Origin: the human T2T-CHM13v2.0 reference genome, Homo sapiens
Reading direction: 5' to 3' (one strand)
Assembly (NCBI RefSeq): GCF_009914755.1
Contig: NC_060942.1
DNA length: 64,000 nucleotides
Shown: one piece after another, positions 45,415 through 58,590 of the stretch
Numbering within the stretch: the first letter of the stretch is position 1
Layout: each line of letters starts with the position of its first letter
Notes under the pieces: generated by a model
What the model was told of the DNA's origin: nothing
The model's input: only the letters and a program-made list of their open reading frames with translations
Databases searched by the model: none
Translations under genes and position numbers: made by a program

Positions 45415-46262
45415 CCTCCTCTTGGGACCCAGCCTCCTTGCTATGAGGAAGCCCAGGCCTCATGGAGAGGCCATGCACGTGTGTTCCAACAAGTTCCCCA
45501 GCTAAAGTCTCATGCCACGGCTGACATTAATTCCAGGCATGTGACTGAGAGAGTGCAAGAGCCTTCATGTGACTTCAGTCCCCAGCCTCTATGCCCACCC
45601 CAGCTGACAAGTGGAACAGAGCCGCGTTATCCCTGCCAGGCCCTTCCCCAACTGTGGATTCCTGATGAGTTAGTTACATATTGCTGCATAACAAGTTACC
45701 CCATAACCAACTGGCTCGAGACATTTTTCTCACAGCCTCTTTGCTAACCTAGTGTTTCAGGACTGTGGGCACGGCTCAGCTGGGTCCTCTGTGTCAGCGT
45801 CCTTCACAGGTGGTAATCAAGATGTCAGCTGGAGCTTTCATTGCCTCAAGGTGGGAAGGCAATGCTTCCAAGCTCACTCAGGTGGTTGCTGGCAGGGTTC
45901 ATTTCCTTGAGGCCTGCGGAATTATGGCTTGCAGCTCTTTGTCACATGGGTCTCCCCAACGCAATGGCTTACTTCACACAAGCCAAGAAGGCAGTAGAGT
46001 GAAAATGGTAGCAACACTAAAGTTTCAGTCTTTTATAACCTAATCACGGAAGCAACATCCCATCTCTGTTGCCATGTTCTATTCATTGGAATCAAGTCAC
46101 GACATCTATCTCATGCTCCAGAGGAAGGGATTATCCAAGGGTGAGAATCCCAGGAGCCATATCAGAAACTGCCTCTGCACTGAGAAAAATGAATGTTTTG
46201 CTTATTTTAATCCACTAAGTTTTGGGATGGTTTGTTATGCAGTGTAAGATAATGGGAAAACA
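45150..46262. mobile_element. MLT1G/H-like LTR with an opposite-orientation MLT1F-like LTR nested inside (about 45665-46180)
   Basis: Outer LTR resumes at tgcttattttaatccactaagttttgggatggtttgttatgcag. Confidence 0.7.
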
Positions 46263-47014
46263 CCAAAACACAGAGAGGAAGAGTTGGGTAAGAAAACTGT
46301 ACTTGTTGAATATTTACTTTATTCCAGGATCATTTCACAGATGGCAGAACTAAGGCTTAGAGAGGTGACTTGCCAAAGCTATTAGTGGTAGAATGAGGAT
46401 GAAAACCAATCCTGTTAGATTTCATAGTCCATGACCTTCTCACATTTCCACTCTACTTCTGTCCTTTGCAGAAAAACAAAATCCCAAACCATTTCAATAT
46501 TAAATGGTGTTTTACCAATGACCTTTTTTTAATCCTCAAATTTAACCGGCAGAGACTATTTCTGGGTACGCTCCCCACCCACACCTCTTCAACTCCTAGT
46601 TACAAAGGACTTTCACCTTCATGCAAATTCTGTATTTTATGAAGCTGGCAAGACCAGTCCACCATGCTTAGCTACATTTTTTTCCATAAAAACAAGCTTT
46701 CTGGAATACTATCGCTTGCCATAGTGAGGACATAGATTCCAGGAAGTCGGTTTCAAATGCTAAAAAAAGAACATGAGGCAGACATCTGCTTGAGTAGAAA
46801 ATGTAAAACCCAACTGCTCCTGCTGCTAGTGTCTCTAGGCCCCCCAGCCCCACCCCTGCAAGAGGTAGTTCAGGCTAAACACATTAAAAACTTATTTCAA
46901 ATTGATTCAAGGATACAGGATAGGAGGGAGGCAGATTTTTTACTGCAAATCTTTTTGTACAGAATTTCAAAACATATTATGTGCATGCTAATTATCTTTA
47001 AAATTCTGCTTAGA

Positions 47015-47318
<304 letters not shown>

Positions 47319-48145
47319 GTTCTGCTTAGAGACTAATCTTGGTTGACAGATTTCTATCAAGAGAAACTCAGGCATTTTTCAAGATAGATTCAATAGTCCT
47401 AGTATCTTCTCTGGTGCTGATTCTGTGCTGCTCTGCATCTGTGCTGCTCTAAGCATCCAAGATGAGCTTAGCCTAGGCACTCAGCAGGGACAGAAAGGGC
47501 AGAGAGATGGCCTTTTCAGGGGCACCCTGCCTGCTTGCTGGGGAGACAAGTAAGGTTATTCCAAAAGCAACGGATAACTCAAAGCCAAACCTTAGATGCT
47601 CATGGGCTGAGTGATATTCTAAAAGATGGACCAGAACAGAAGATGACCACACTCTTCTACAGTCTATAGTGGTAGTGATGATAATAATAATGTGAATTAC
47701 TATTTATTAATTAGGGTGCTTAGTCCATTAATATTTAATTTAATTGTTGATAGGATTGGAGCTAAGTCTATCATTTCATTACCTATCTTCTGTTTATGCC
47801 TTCTCAGTTTTTGTTCCCCTGTTCCTCCTTTCCTTCCATCTTTGGACTATTGCAGTATATTCTAGAATTACGTTTTAATATAGCTATTGGCTTCTTAGCT
47901 AGAACTATTTGCATTATTTTTTAGAGGTTACACTAGGGATTACAGTGTGCATCCTTAATATCTCACAGAGTTGATATTGTGTCCCTTCCCATAAAATTTG
48001 GATGCTTTACAACTGTACAGTTACATTTATCCCTCACCCACCCCACCCCACTCACAGCACTCCCTATGCTGTAACTGCCATTTATATTACATCCACATAT
48101 ACTGTAGCCTGCAAGAAACACTATGCTTTCTTTTTAAAATAGTCT

Positions 48146-48456
<311 letters not shown>

Positions 48457-48506
48457 AAAATAGTCATATGTATTTTAAGGAAATTGAAATTAAAAAATAA
48501 TCTTAT

Positions 48507-48815
48507 GGCCAGGTACAGTGGCTCACGCCTGTAATCCCAGCACTTTGGGAGGCTGAGACAGGCAGATCACTTGAGGTCAGCAGTTTGAGAGCAGCCTGAC
48601 CAACATGGCAAAACCCCGCCTCTACTAAAAATACAACAATTTGCCAGGTGTGGTGGCACACACCTGTAGTCCAAGCTACTCAGGAAGCTGAAGCAGGAGG
48701 ACCACTTAAGCCTGGGAAGTGGAGGTTGTAGTGAGCCAAGAGTGTCCCACTGCACTCCAGCCTGGGCACAGAAGAGAAACCCTGTCTCAAATAAAAATAA
48801 TAATAATAATAATAA
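48507..48815 (+). mobile_element. AluS/J
   Basis: (TAA)n tail; TSD aataatc(t/g)tat. Confidence 0.94.
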
Positions 48816-50999
48816 TCGTATATATTTACCCAGATATTTACCATTACTGATGTTCCTTATTCTTTCCTAGAGGTCCAAGTTTCTCTCTTATATAATTTCT
48901 TTTCAGCTTAAAGAATGTCCTTTGCTTTTCTTCCAGTGCAGGTCTGTTGGAAATGTAAAAAGTAAATAAATAAATGTCTATTTGTTTTCTTTTTTTTTTT
49001 TTTTTTTGAAGAATATGTTTGCTGGGTACAGAATTTTGGGTTGACAGGTTTTTTTCTCTTCTTCTTTCAGAACTTTAAAGATGGTGTTCCACTATTTTCT
49101 GGCCTCCATGTTTTCTCATGAGAAATCTGTGGATGTTAAAATTATTGTTCCCCAGAATGTCATGTGTTGTTTTCTCTGGATGCTTCCAAATTTTCTCTTT
49201 ATCTTTGATTTTCAATGGTTTCACTCTAATGTACCTAGATGTGGTTTTCTTAGCATTTATCCTACTTGAGGTTTACCACATTTTTTGAATCTATACATTT
49301 ATACCTTTCACCAGATTTGGAAAATTTTCATCCACTATTTCTTCAAATATTTTTTCTACCCCATTCTTTCTCTCCTCCCCATCTGAGACTCTAAGTACAC
49401 ATACATATGTTCCACAGCTCCTGGAAGCTTTGTTCATTTTTTTAACATTTTTTTCTCTTTCTTCTTCAGATTAGATAATTTTCATTGATGTACCTTCCCT
49501 GATTCTTTTTGGGGGGTGGGGGGTGGGGGACATCTCCATTCTGCTATTAGGTCCACACTGCTATGAACTCTACAAATTTTTTAGTTCAAATATGCTACTT
49601 TTCAGCTCTAGAAAATTCATATGGCTCTTGTTTATATTTCTCTGTTGAGTTTTCCTATCTTTTCAATCACATGAATACATTTTCCATTACCTCATTGAGC
49701 ATGCATATAATAGTGGCTTCAAAGTTCTTATGTGATCATTCTAGCAGGGTGTCTTACAATTGACCTCCATTGATTGTCTTTTCACTTAGGAAAAGTCATA
49801 TTTTTCTGGTTCTTTGAATGTCAGGTTATTTTGGACTGCACCATAGACTGTGAATTTTATATCATGGAGATTCTAAACTCTATTATATTCTTCCAAAGAA
49901 TGCTAATGTTATTGTTTTAGAAGACAATTAACTTGATAGACTCAAAGTTCAGTTGAATTGCCTTAAGTAGATAGCAATTCAAATCTCAGTTCAGTTCTGT
50001 TAGCCTTACCTGCAAGCACATGTACGGTACAAGGGTTAACCAATGTCCCTCAGTTTGGATATCTGAGCGCATGCACAGAACTTAAGAGTTGCTCTTTCTG
50101 GCTCTCCTCTTTTTGGGATTATCCTTACATGTTCCAGTGGCTGTGGCCACCCCAGGCTCTGTCCTCGAACATTTCAGGCCAGAAAGGTGATAGATTTTCT
50201 ATCAGGGTTTTAGTCACTCCATACAATGCCATAGCAAGCAGTTTTCAGCCTGAAGCCATTAGAATAGAAAATTCACCATGTGCCAGTCCTTTTTTCCAAG
50301 TCTCAACTCCCTTCCAAATTCTCCCTGATTTTTCTCACTCTGCAGAGGCTTCAAGCCATTGCTTTTTTGTATTTTTTCCAGAATTTATTATTATTTGTAG
50401 GATTACAAGTTTATCAGGAGCTCATTCCACCAGATCAGAAATGGAACCAGCTACTATTTATTAAACCTCCTCCATGTACCCATTTATGCCTCTCTCTTCA
50501 AGTTTTTTTTTTCACTTTTAAATGTTTTCTTTTATAAAAGTAATGTATATTCAGATAAGAAAAAATCATATAGCACAGAGTAGAACAGAGAATAAAAATT
50601 AGTCTTTCAGTCCTCCTCAGACACCTCCCCCAACTCCAGCTCCACTCCTCATCAGTAAGTATATGTATATTGCATTCTTCTACACCAAATAAATCATACT
50701 ATAATAAATGTGTTTTTTATTTTTTGTTAATTTCCAAAGCATTACAAATAAAATGATTTTATTTATTTTCATTGGCTATATAGCATTTTATTGCATGCAT
50801 GTGTCATAATATTTATGTGCCACAATGTATTTAATGTGATCCCTTCTAACTGACATTTTAGTATTTCTCCATTTTTCACTGTTACGAATCATGCTGCCAC
50901 AAACATTCTTGCACATATATTTTTACACATTTGAAAGAGTATATAAAATCCTAAAAATGACATTGCCTGCACATAGAATAAGTATATTTTAAATTTAGG

Positions 51000-51345
51000 T
51001 TTCAACTTCTAAAATAATGCTTTTGACCTAACGCATTCTGACTTTCAAAAGCAGTGTTTTGCCTAAATGCTGTAAGGTAAAAGACAAAGAGAACTACACA
51101 AACATTGTGTCTTCATTAGTAAATTTGTTTCCTATAGGGATACTGTTAGATTCTGAAACTATTTTATATATACACTAGGGTTGAACAAATAAGTAAATAT
51201 ATTACAGAAATGAAAATCAAGTTTCTCACTATTGGACAAAGAAGTTACAAATAAGCAAAGGCAGAAAACTGTAATGAAATCTGTTGCATTGAATTAGTGT
51301 TAGAGACATCAGCACAAACTCATTTATGATCATCACAATAGAGAT

Positions 51346-51390
<45 letters not shown>

Positions 51391-52440
51391 TCATATTTCT
51401 ATCCCTGTCTACTGAAAGGACTTAGAAACAGTGACATCCCAATAGCAATGTGCACATCTAATACCAAGATTTTGGTTTCTAAATACCATTTCCCAGTAAA
51501 AGGAATCAGGGCTTCTTGGAGAAATGGTTGATCCAGAGTGGGAGTAAGAAAAATACAAGATGAACTAAGAGTATCCTGTGGTACCAGAAAGAAAGAAAGT
51601 GTTCAAAAAAAAAATGGGGTCATGTCAAAGGACACAAGCCACTCTGAAAAGGCTCCCAATACGATGTTATTGAATTAAATCCTAAAGAACAAAATAAATA
51701 AACGATTGGATAAGCAAATAAACTCCAACTAATAGCTGGGCATGGTGGCATATGACTGTAGTCCCAGCTACTCAGGAAGCTGAGGTGGGAGGATCACTTG
51801 AACCCAGGAGGTTGAAGCTGCAGTAAGCTGTGATCATGTCACTACACTCCAGCCTGGGTGACAGAACGAGACCCTGCCTGTAAAAAAAATAATAATAATT
51901 CCAACTAATAAATGTAGAACAAATGACAGAAATAGAAGATCACCATTAGAACATCTCAATTACAATTACTGTAAGCAGAGGCAGGCTCCATCTCTGAATG
52001 AATGCTAACATTAACAGGTAAAAGTTTAAGAAAAAACATGACGTATGTTCAAAATATCTTCCTCAAAATACTTATTAGTTACTGTAGTGAGAAATGTTAA
52101 CAAATTCTTTGATACCCCTCCCTTTGAGGTGGACCTTAATTTCCCTCTCCTTGAGTGTGGGCTGGGACATAGTGAATCTCTTCTAACAGAGTGTAAGAAG
52201 AGGAAAATATTAACTTTGTCATGGATAAAGCTGACAGACACCACCTAAATCGAGTGATCAAAGTTAACATCACCATAATAAGACCTAGTGATACCACACA
52301 CGCCCTGATACTATGCACTGAGAAGGACACATCACCTCTGTGGTCTTCCTCCCAAAATTCTATAACCTCACTCTAACCATCAGAAAGCATCAGACAAATC
52401 CAAATTGAGGGACGTTCTACAAAATATCAGAAAAGGACTT
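51000..52440 (+). mobile_element. L1MD/MC-type 3'UTR remnant
   Basis: gtgatcaaagttaacatcacc...cagacaaatccaaattgagggacgttctacaaaata; contains a (TAGA)n tract and an Alu right monomer (51735-51897). Confidence 0.8.
51346..51390. repeat. (TAGA)11 tetranucleotide STR
   Basis: Perfect run. Confidence 0.98.
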
Positions 52441-52463
52441 CTAAAAGGACACCTTCCTTCTAA

Positions 52464-52655
52464 AGATTAGAATTCAAGGTCACCTGATTTGGAGAATTTC
52501 CATCTCCAATTTGCTGGCAGTTGCCAAGACCATCCTCGGTGATTTTTGTTTGTAGCTCCATGTTGAGAATGGCTTTTGTATATTTCTCCGGGTTGAATGT
52601 GGTGTACCTTCCCTTTACAATATGAAACTCTTCAAGCATCAAATCAGAGTTATTC
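52464..52655. repeat. Left arm of a local inverted paralogous pair
   Basis: Reverse complement aligns with 54441-54632 at about 80% identity (hand alignment). Confidence 0.95.
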
Positions 52656-52727
52656 TACTCCAAAAAGCTTAATATAAAGCTCTCAACATCGACATGTTGG
52701 TGTGTTCAAGTCACACAAACCAAGAAC

Positions 52728-52965
52728 AATAACAGCTGCCATTTATTGCACATTTAATACACACCAGACACTCCGTTCAGTACTTTACGAGCAATTAGTC
52801 ACTTAGTCCTCCCAAACACATCATCAGCTCCATTTTACAGATGAGATGTTGAGCACAGAGAGGTACAGTAATTTGCCCAAGGTTACACAGCTAGCAATTG
52901 GAGGAGCAAGAAATTGAACCCAGGGAGTCTAGCTTCAGAGCCCACACTCTTAATTACTATGCTTG
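52728..52965 (-). mobile_element. MIR SINE
   Basis: ccattttacagatgag...gagcacagagaggtacagtaatttgcccaaggttacacagctag. Confidence 0.88.
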
Positions 52966-53077
52966 GTCTGGGGGAGCCCCATTACAAGAATATTTTGAAT
53001 TATCAAAAATGAAAGCCATAAAATATTAGAGGAAGAATATTTAGACAATTTTTTCTGAAGCAGCACAACCTAGAGCC

Positions 53078-53440
53078 TTGCTTCCCAAACACTGTCATCC
53101 TCCAGCCACCTCTTTGATTTCGGCCATGGCTGACATAACCTGCACTCTTAGTCACTTAGTATCTTTTGAATCGACTCAATTGTTTTTGCTTAAGTAAATT
53201 ATTTAAAAAGGAAAATGACCTCATGTCACTATTGTAAATGGAAAAGTAATATCATTTACTTTAAGTAAATGGTAACCTAAAAATAAATACCATAGAAACA
53301 AAACAAAACAATGTCAATAAATTACACTTAGATCTACTGCCTACCAAAGGCTAAGAGCCTGAATAAGTTCTGTTCTCTTTTTACCAAGACAGGGGAGTTT
53401 TAACAAGTTGTAGAGAGTGTTCGTGATAAACCAGCATCAA
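53078..53440. mobile_element. hAT-Charlie-like fragment
   Basis: gcttcccaaac...aatcgactca...gtaaatggaaaa resembles recalled Charlie4-type consensus. Confidence 0.55.
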
Positions 53441-53479
53441 AAGGTAATCAGAAGAACTACAAGAAAACTGGAAAAAGGA

Positions 53480-53900
53480 ATAAGGTGTTCTCTGGAGCTT
53501 AGGATTAAGGGACAGAAACCTCAAAGAAACACTGGCGTAAATAAAATAGAAACTTACTTCTATCTCACACCCAAGATGAAAAGTAGGTGGACCAGGGCTG
53601 CTGAGACACCCCATAGTGTCATGACGAGGTGGCTTTTTATCTTGGAGTTCCATCGTGTGTGGTTCACAAGGTCATTTCAAGGCCCAAGATTGCTCCTCCA
53701 GCACCAGCCATCTCATCTGCTTTTCAGAGAGCAGCAAAAAGAAAAGGAGAAGAAAAAGGAACATCCCTTCTTTCTAAGAACACTTCCTCACTTTTGCTTA
53801 CATCCCCACAGGCTAGAACTTAGTCACAGCCAGGGAGACTAGGAAATGTAACCTTTATGTTGGGCAGCCAAGTGCCTCACTTAAAAAAAAATAGCAAGCA
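53480..53900 (-). mobile_element. MLT1J/K-like LTR
   Basis: aaataaaatagaaacttacttctatctcac...caagattgctcctccagcaccagccatc...gggagactaggaaatgta. Confidence 0.7.
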
Positions 53901-54440
53901 AAATTATACTACTAGAGAAGAAGGGGGAGGTGGATGAACAATAGCAATCTCTGTGGCTTCATGATTCTCCACTGCGCTTGTGTGCCTACAGGAGTCACCT
54001 TAGGGGGTCCATGTAAGTCAAGACAAGCCCAGACTTTCAACAGACACCTCTGCCTGCCTCTGAAGTCAGCCTTGAGCCCATGTCTCCTTTGCACAGTGTT
54101 TCTTCCAAGCTTGGGAAAACACTTCTCTCTCCCACCACGGTTGCTATTACAGGTTTTGTTATTAGGCCCCTTAAGGGCTCTCCTGCCTTCTGAGTCCAGA
54201 GGCCTCCTTGAGCCAGATGGGCTGTGGCATGGCTCTGCATTGCTGAGGAGAGAAGAGCACTGTGCAGGGAATCAGTGAGACTCAGCTTGGCTTTCCGGCT
54301 TTGCCCCTCACCAGATGTGCTGACCATCGTCAACCCAAGCTCTGAGCCTCTTGTTCATTGAGCCTGACGCTGCAGCACCAGACACGCAGGTCCTGGCCAC
54401 AAGCTGGAAGAATCCATAGCCCCAGATCCAGTTCTAGCTG

Positions 54441-54632
54441 GAATAACTCTGTTCCAATGCTCAAGGAGCTTCACATCTTAAAGGAAGGTATGCCACATTC
54501 AATACAAAGACATATACAAAAACCACGCTCAGCACAGAGGTACAGACAAAAATTGCCAAGGATGGTGTTGGCAACTGCCTGCAAATTGGAGATGGAAACT
54601 ATCCTATATCAGGTGACCTTGAATTCTAATCT
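54441..54632. repeat. Right arm of a local inverted paralogous pair
   Basis: Shares atcaggtgaccttgaattctaatct, gcaaattggagatggaaa and ttggcaactgcc with the reverse complement of the left arm. Confidence 0.95.
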
Positions 54633-55913
54633 GAAGAGGCAGGATGTAACATGACCAGGGGAGGGAGGGAGTTATGGGGCACAGCCATCGACCAGCCATC
54701 CAGGTGGGGTTGCCATCCACCTGGATCACCGAGAGGAGGGGTGCCACCCCAGTGTGGGACTATTATCATAGGTGTAGAGCAGGAGGTAACCTGGGGCCCA
54801 AAACTCAGTGGTTCCATCTTTTCAAAACCAGAGACAACTTTTAGTATGCGCCATCTCAGGAGACTTGTTTTAAGAGCTGCTTGCCAACTAAATTGTACAA
54901 ATTAAGAATTCATGCATGTGTCCTGTATTTTTCATCTAAAAACATGTATCTCCTGGCCACAGGCTCTCATGAGCAAAGCAGGTACACTGACAGATGCTCA
55001 ACCTTGACTGTCCTGCTCAGGCTCATGCTGCAGAAAAACCCGGCACTTAGGTGGGGTTTTTAAAACAGCAAAAATAGCTGGTGAGCCAGCCCCACTCTTG
55101 GTGTCTCTTACCATCTTTGTTGGTCTCCAGCCTCCTCCCAATTTGAAAAGCACTCATCTTCCCAACTCCCCAATCTCCCCTTTACTGGTAAGAAAACTGG
55201 GACTCAGAAGGGGAAGTGGCTTGACCAAGGCCACACAGCTGTGGGTGGAGAGATGGAGGCAAGACTGTGTCACGAGTCTCCTGATGGGTAGCCTCTGTCC
55301 TGCCTCCTCCTACACACTCCCCACTGCTCAACTCCAGCCCTCCAACCCACAGTGTGGGAGCCAGCTTGGCACCATTGTGGGGAGGAAAAGAATAACTCCC
55401 AAAGAAAGATGCTTAGAATCATCCACACCCATGGATATAAGGCAGAAAGGATGCCAGGATCAGAAGGCCAAGGCCATGCCAAAATGTCATAGGTCCCATA
55501 AATTAGGCAGCCAGACATGCCAGACTAGCTGTATAATGAGCTGCCACACTGATGGTGTGTCTGAAGGCTGTGGTCTTTACGATGGGGCCCATCACTTGAA
55601 TCTGGCATGTTGTGTGATCTCCTACAGGTGATAAGTAAAGTATTGCTTTCCCCAAACACCATCTCAATCAAGCTCAGGAACAGCCCACCCAGAAGCCGTC
55701 GTGACATATCACACTTCATAGAAGCATAAACTGCAATACGTTTTTATTCCCAGTCCCTATTGAAATCACTGACCCCCTCGTATAAGTGTCCAAGGAGACA
55801 CCGTCAGAGAAACCAGGTGTTGGCTAGATTTCCTCAGTAGCTGAGTGACCTTGAGCACACCACTGCTCGCGGGGGTCCTCAGGTCCTCAGGTGAAAGGTG
55901 GTCACATAGTCCC

Positions 55914-56176
55914 TGTATTGGCTTGCTAAGAGCTGCCGTAACAAAATACCACAAACTGGGGGCTTAGGCAATAGAAATGTATTTTCTCATGGTTCTGGAG
56001 GCTGGAAGTCTTAAGATCAAGGTGTTGGCAGAGTTGGTTCCTTCTGAGGGTGGTGAGGCAGAATCTGTTCCAGGCCTCCTTCCCAGCCTCTGGAGGTTTG
56101 CTGGTCATCTTTGGAGTTCCTTGGCTGATAGAGGCATCACCCCAATCTCTGCCTTCATATTCACATGGCCTTTCTC

Positions 56177-56235
<59 letters not shown>

Positions 56236-56424
56236 TTATGGGTCCACATTCTTCCTTTTTTATAAGAACACCAGTCATATTGGCTTAGGGCTCACCTTAG
56301 TGACCTCATCTTAACCTAATTCCATCTGCAATGACCCCATTTCCAAGTAAGATCCCATTCTGAGGTACTGAAGGTAAGGATTTCAACACATGAATTTTGG
56401 GAGGACACAATTTAACCCACAGCA
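55914..56424 (-). mobile_element. MLT1C-like solo LTR with an internal (TC)/(TG) microsatellite
   Basis: gctgccgtaacaaaataccacaaactggggg...ggacacaatttaaccca. Confidence 0.88.
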
Positions 56425-57479
56425 ATTCCCTGTATTCATCCCAGCACGGCCTGCATCTCGAGTGTCACAGAAGGCCATGCATATGAACGCTCTTAGGGGA
56501 AGATAAGAGGACAGGATGGAAGGGCAGGTGTGAGCTCCCCAGGATCTGGACCACTGAGATGTGGCTGTAACACCCCCAAGAGGCAAGAGCATGGAGGTGT
56601 GAGGGGCTCACGACTCTCCTGGAGAGCTCTGCGGAGATCCCATGCAGCAGGATTATCTAGGTTTCCTTGAAATGCTTGATGTAAGAAGATAAACCCCGGA
56701 AAGAGTTTTCACAGAGGCAGGGCCTCTGAGCTGCTCTGCAACAGCTGGAGGGGCTTGGGTTTCTTTCCTGTCCTATCTAAGTGTTTGCTGCAATCAACAG
56801 CAGATTTGCTTTCAATGACACTTGCTTGGTTATCTGGGTAGGGAAACCAGTCCAAGTAAATTGTTTTAGCATCAATCCTGTCCATTTCAACTCCCATGTG
56901 GTTTGGGATAGGTGGACAGCAGGCTGCCATTTCCTGCTGCCCAGTATCAATATAACCTGGTCACTCTGTGCCAAGTAACCCAGCTCTGGATAGGATGAGG
57001 ATCTCAAGCCCCCTGAGCTGCCCCTGCTCACCTTCCTGGACTCATGGGCCACCTTTCCCCTTCCCATGCACCCTCCATTCTATGGCAGAGAGAGTCGGAG
57101 TAACTTGCCCAAGGTCATGCAGTCAAGTGGCAGAGCCAGCATCTGGACCCAGCCAATCTGGCTCCTAAACACCATGTTTTCTTGCATCAGGCTGAAGCTG
57201 GGCCACTACCCAGACAAAAAGGATCAGCTGTATGATGTGATGTGAAGGGCAGGACTCCGGGAGAGAGGCTCAGCCTGGAGGAAGGGCAGAATTTTTCACT
57301 GTTGTGCTTCAGAGTTTTCCAACTCAGTGCCTTGAAGAAGGGGCACCAGTGCTGAGTAGAAAAGACGCCACCCGGGACAGGAGAGCCATTTGGAATGGGA
57401 GAAATCCTTCATGCTCCCCAATGTTGAGGAGGCCCAAGTAGCATTTTTCATGAATGGATTGGCTTTATTAGAAAACATA

Positions 57480-58590
<1,111 letters not shown>

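Noticed and set aside
54390-54630. Faint similarity of the right-arm translation to intelectin
   Set aside because: Only a few scattered identities by eye; not supportable without a search.
52464-54632. Inverted arms as TIRs of one DNA transposon or as a pre-miRNA
   Set aside because: No TSD or transposase, the spacer holds older-looking repeats, and a 1.8-kb loop is incompatible with a pre-miRNA.
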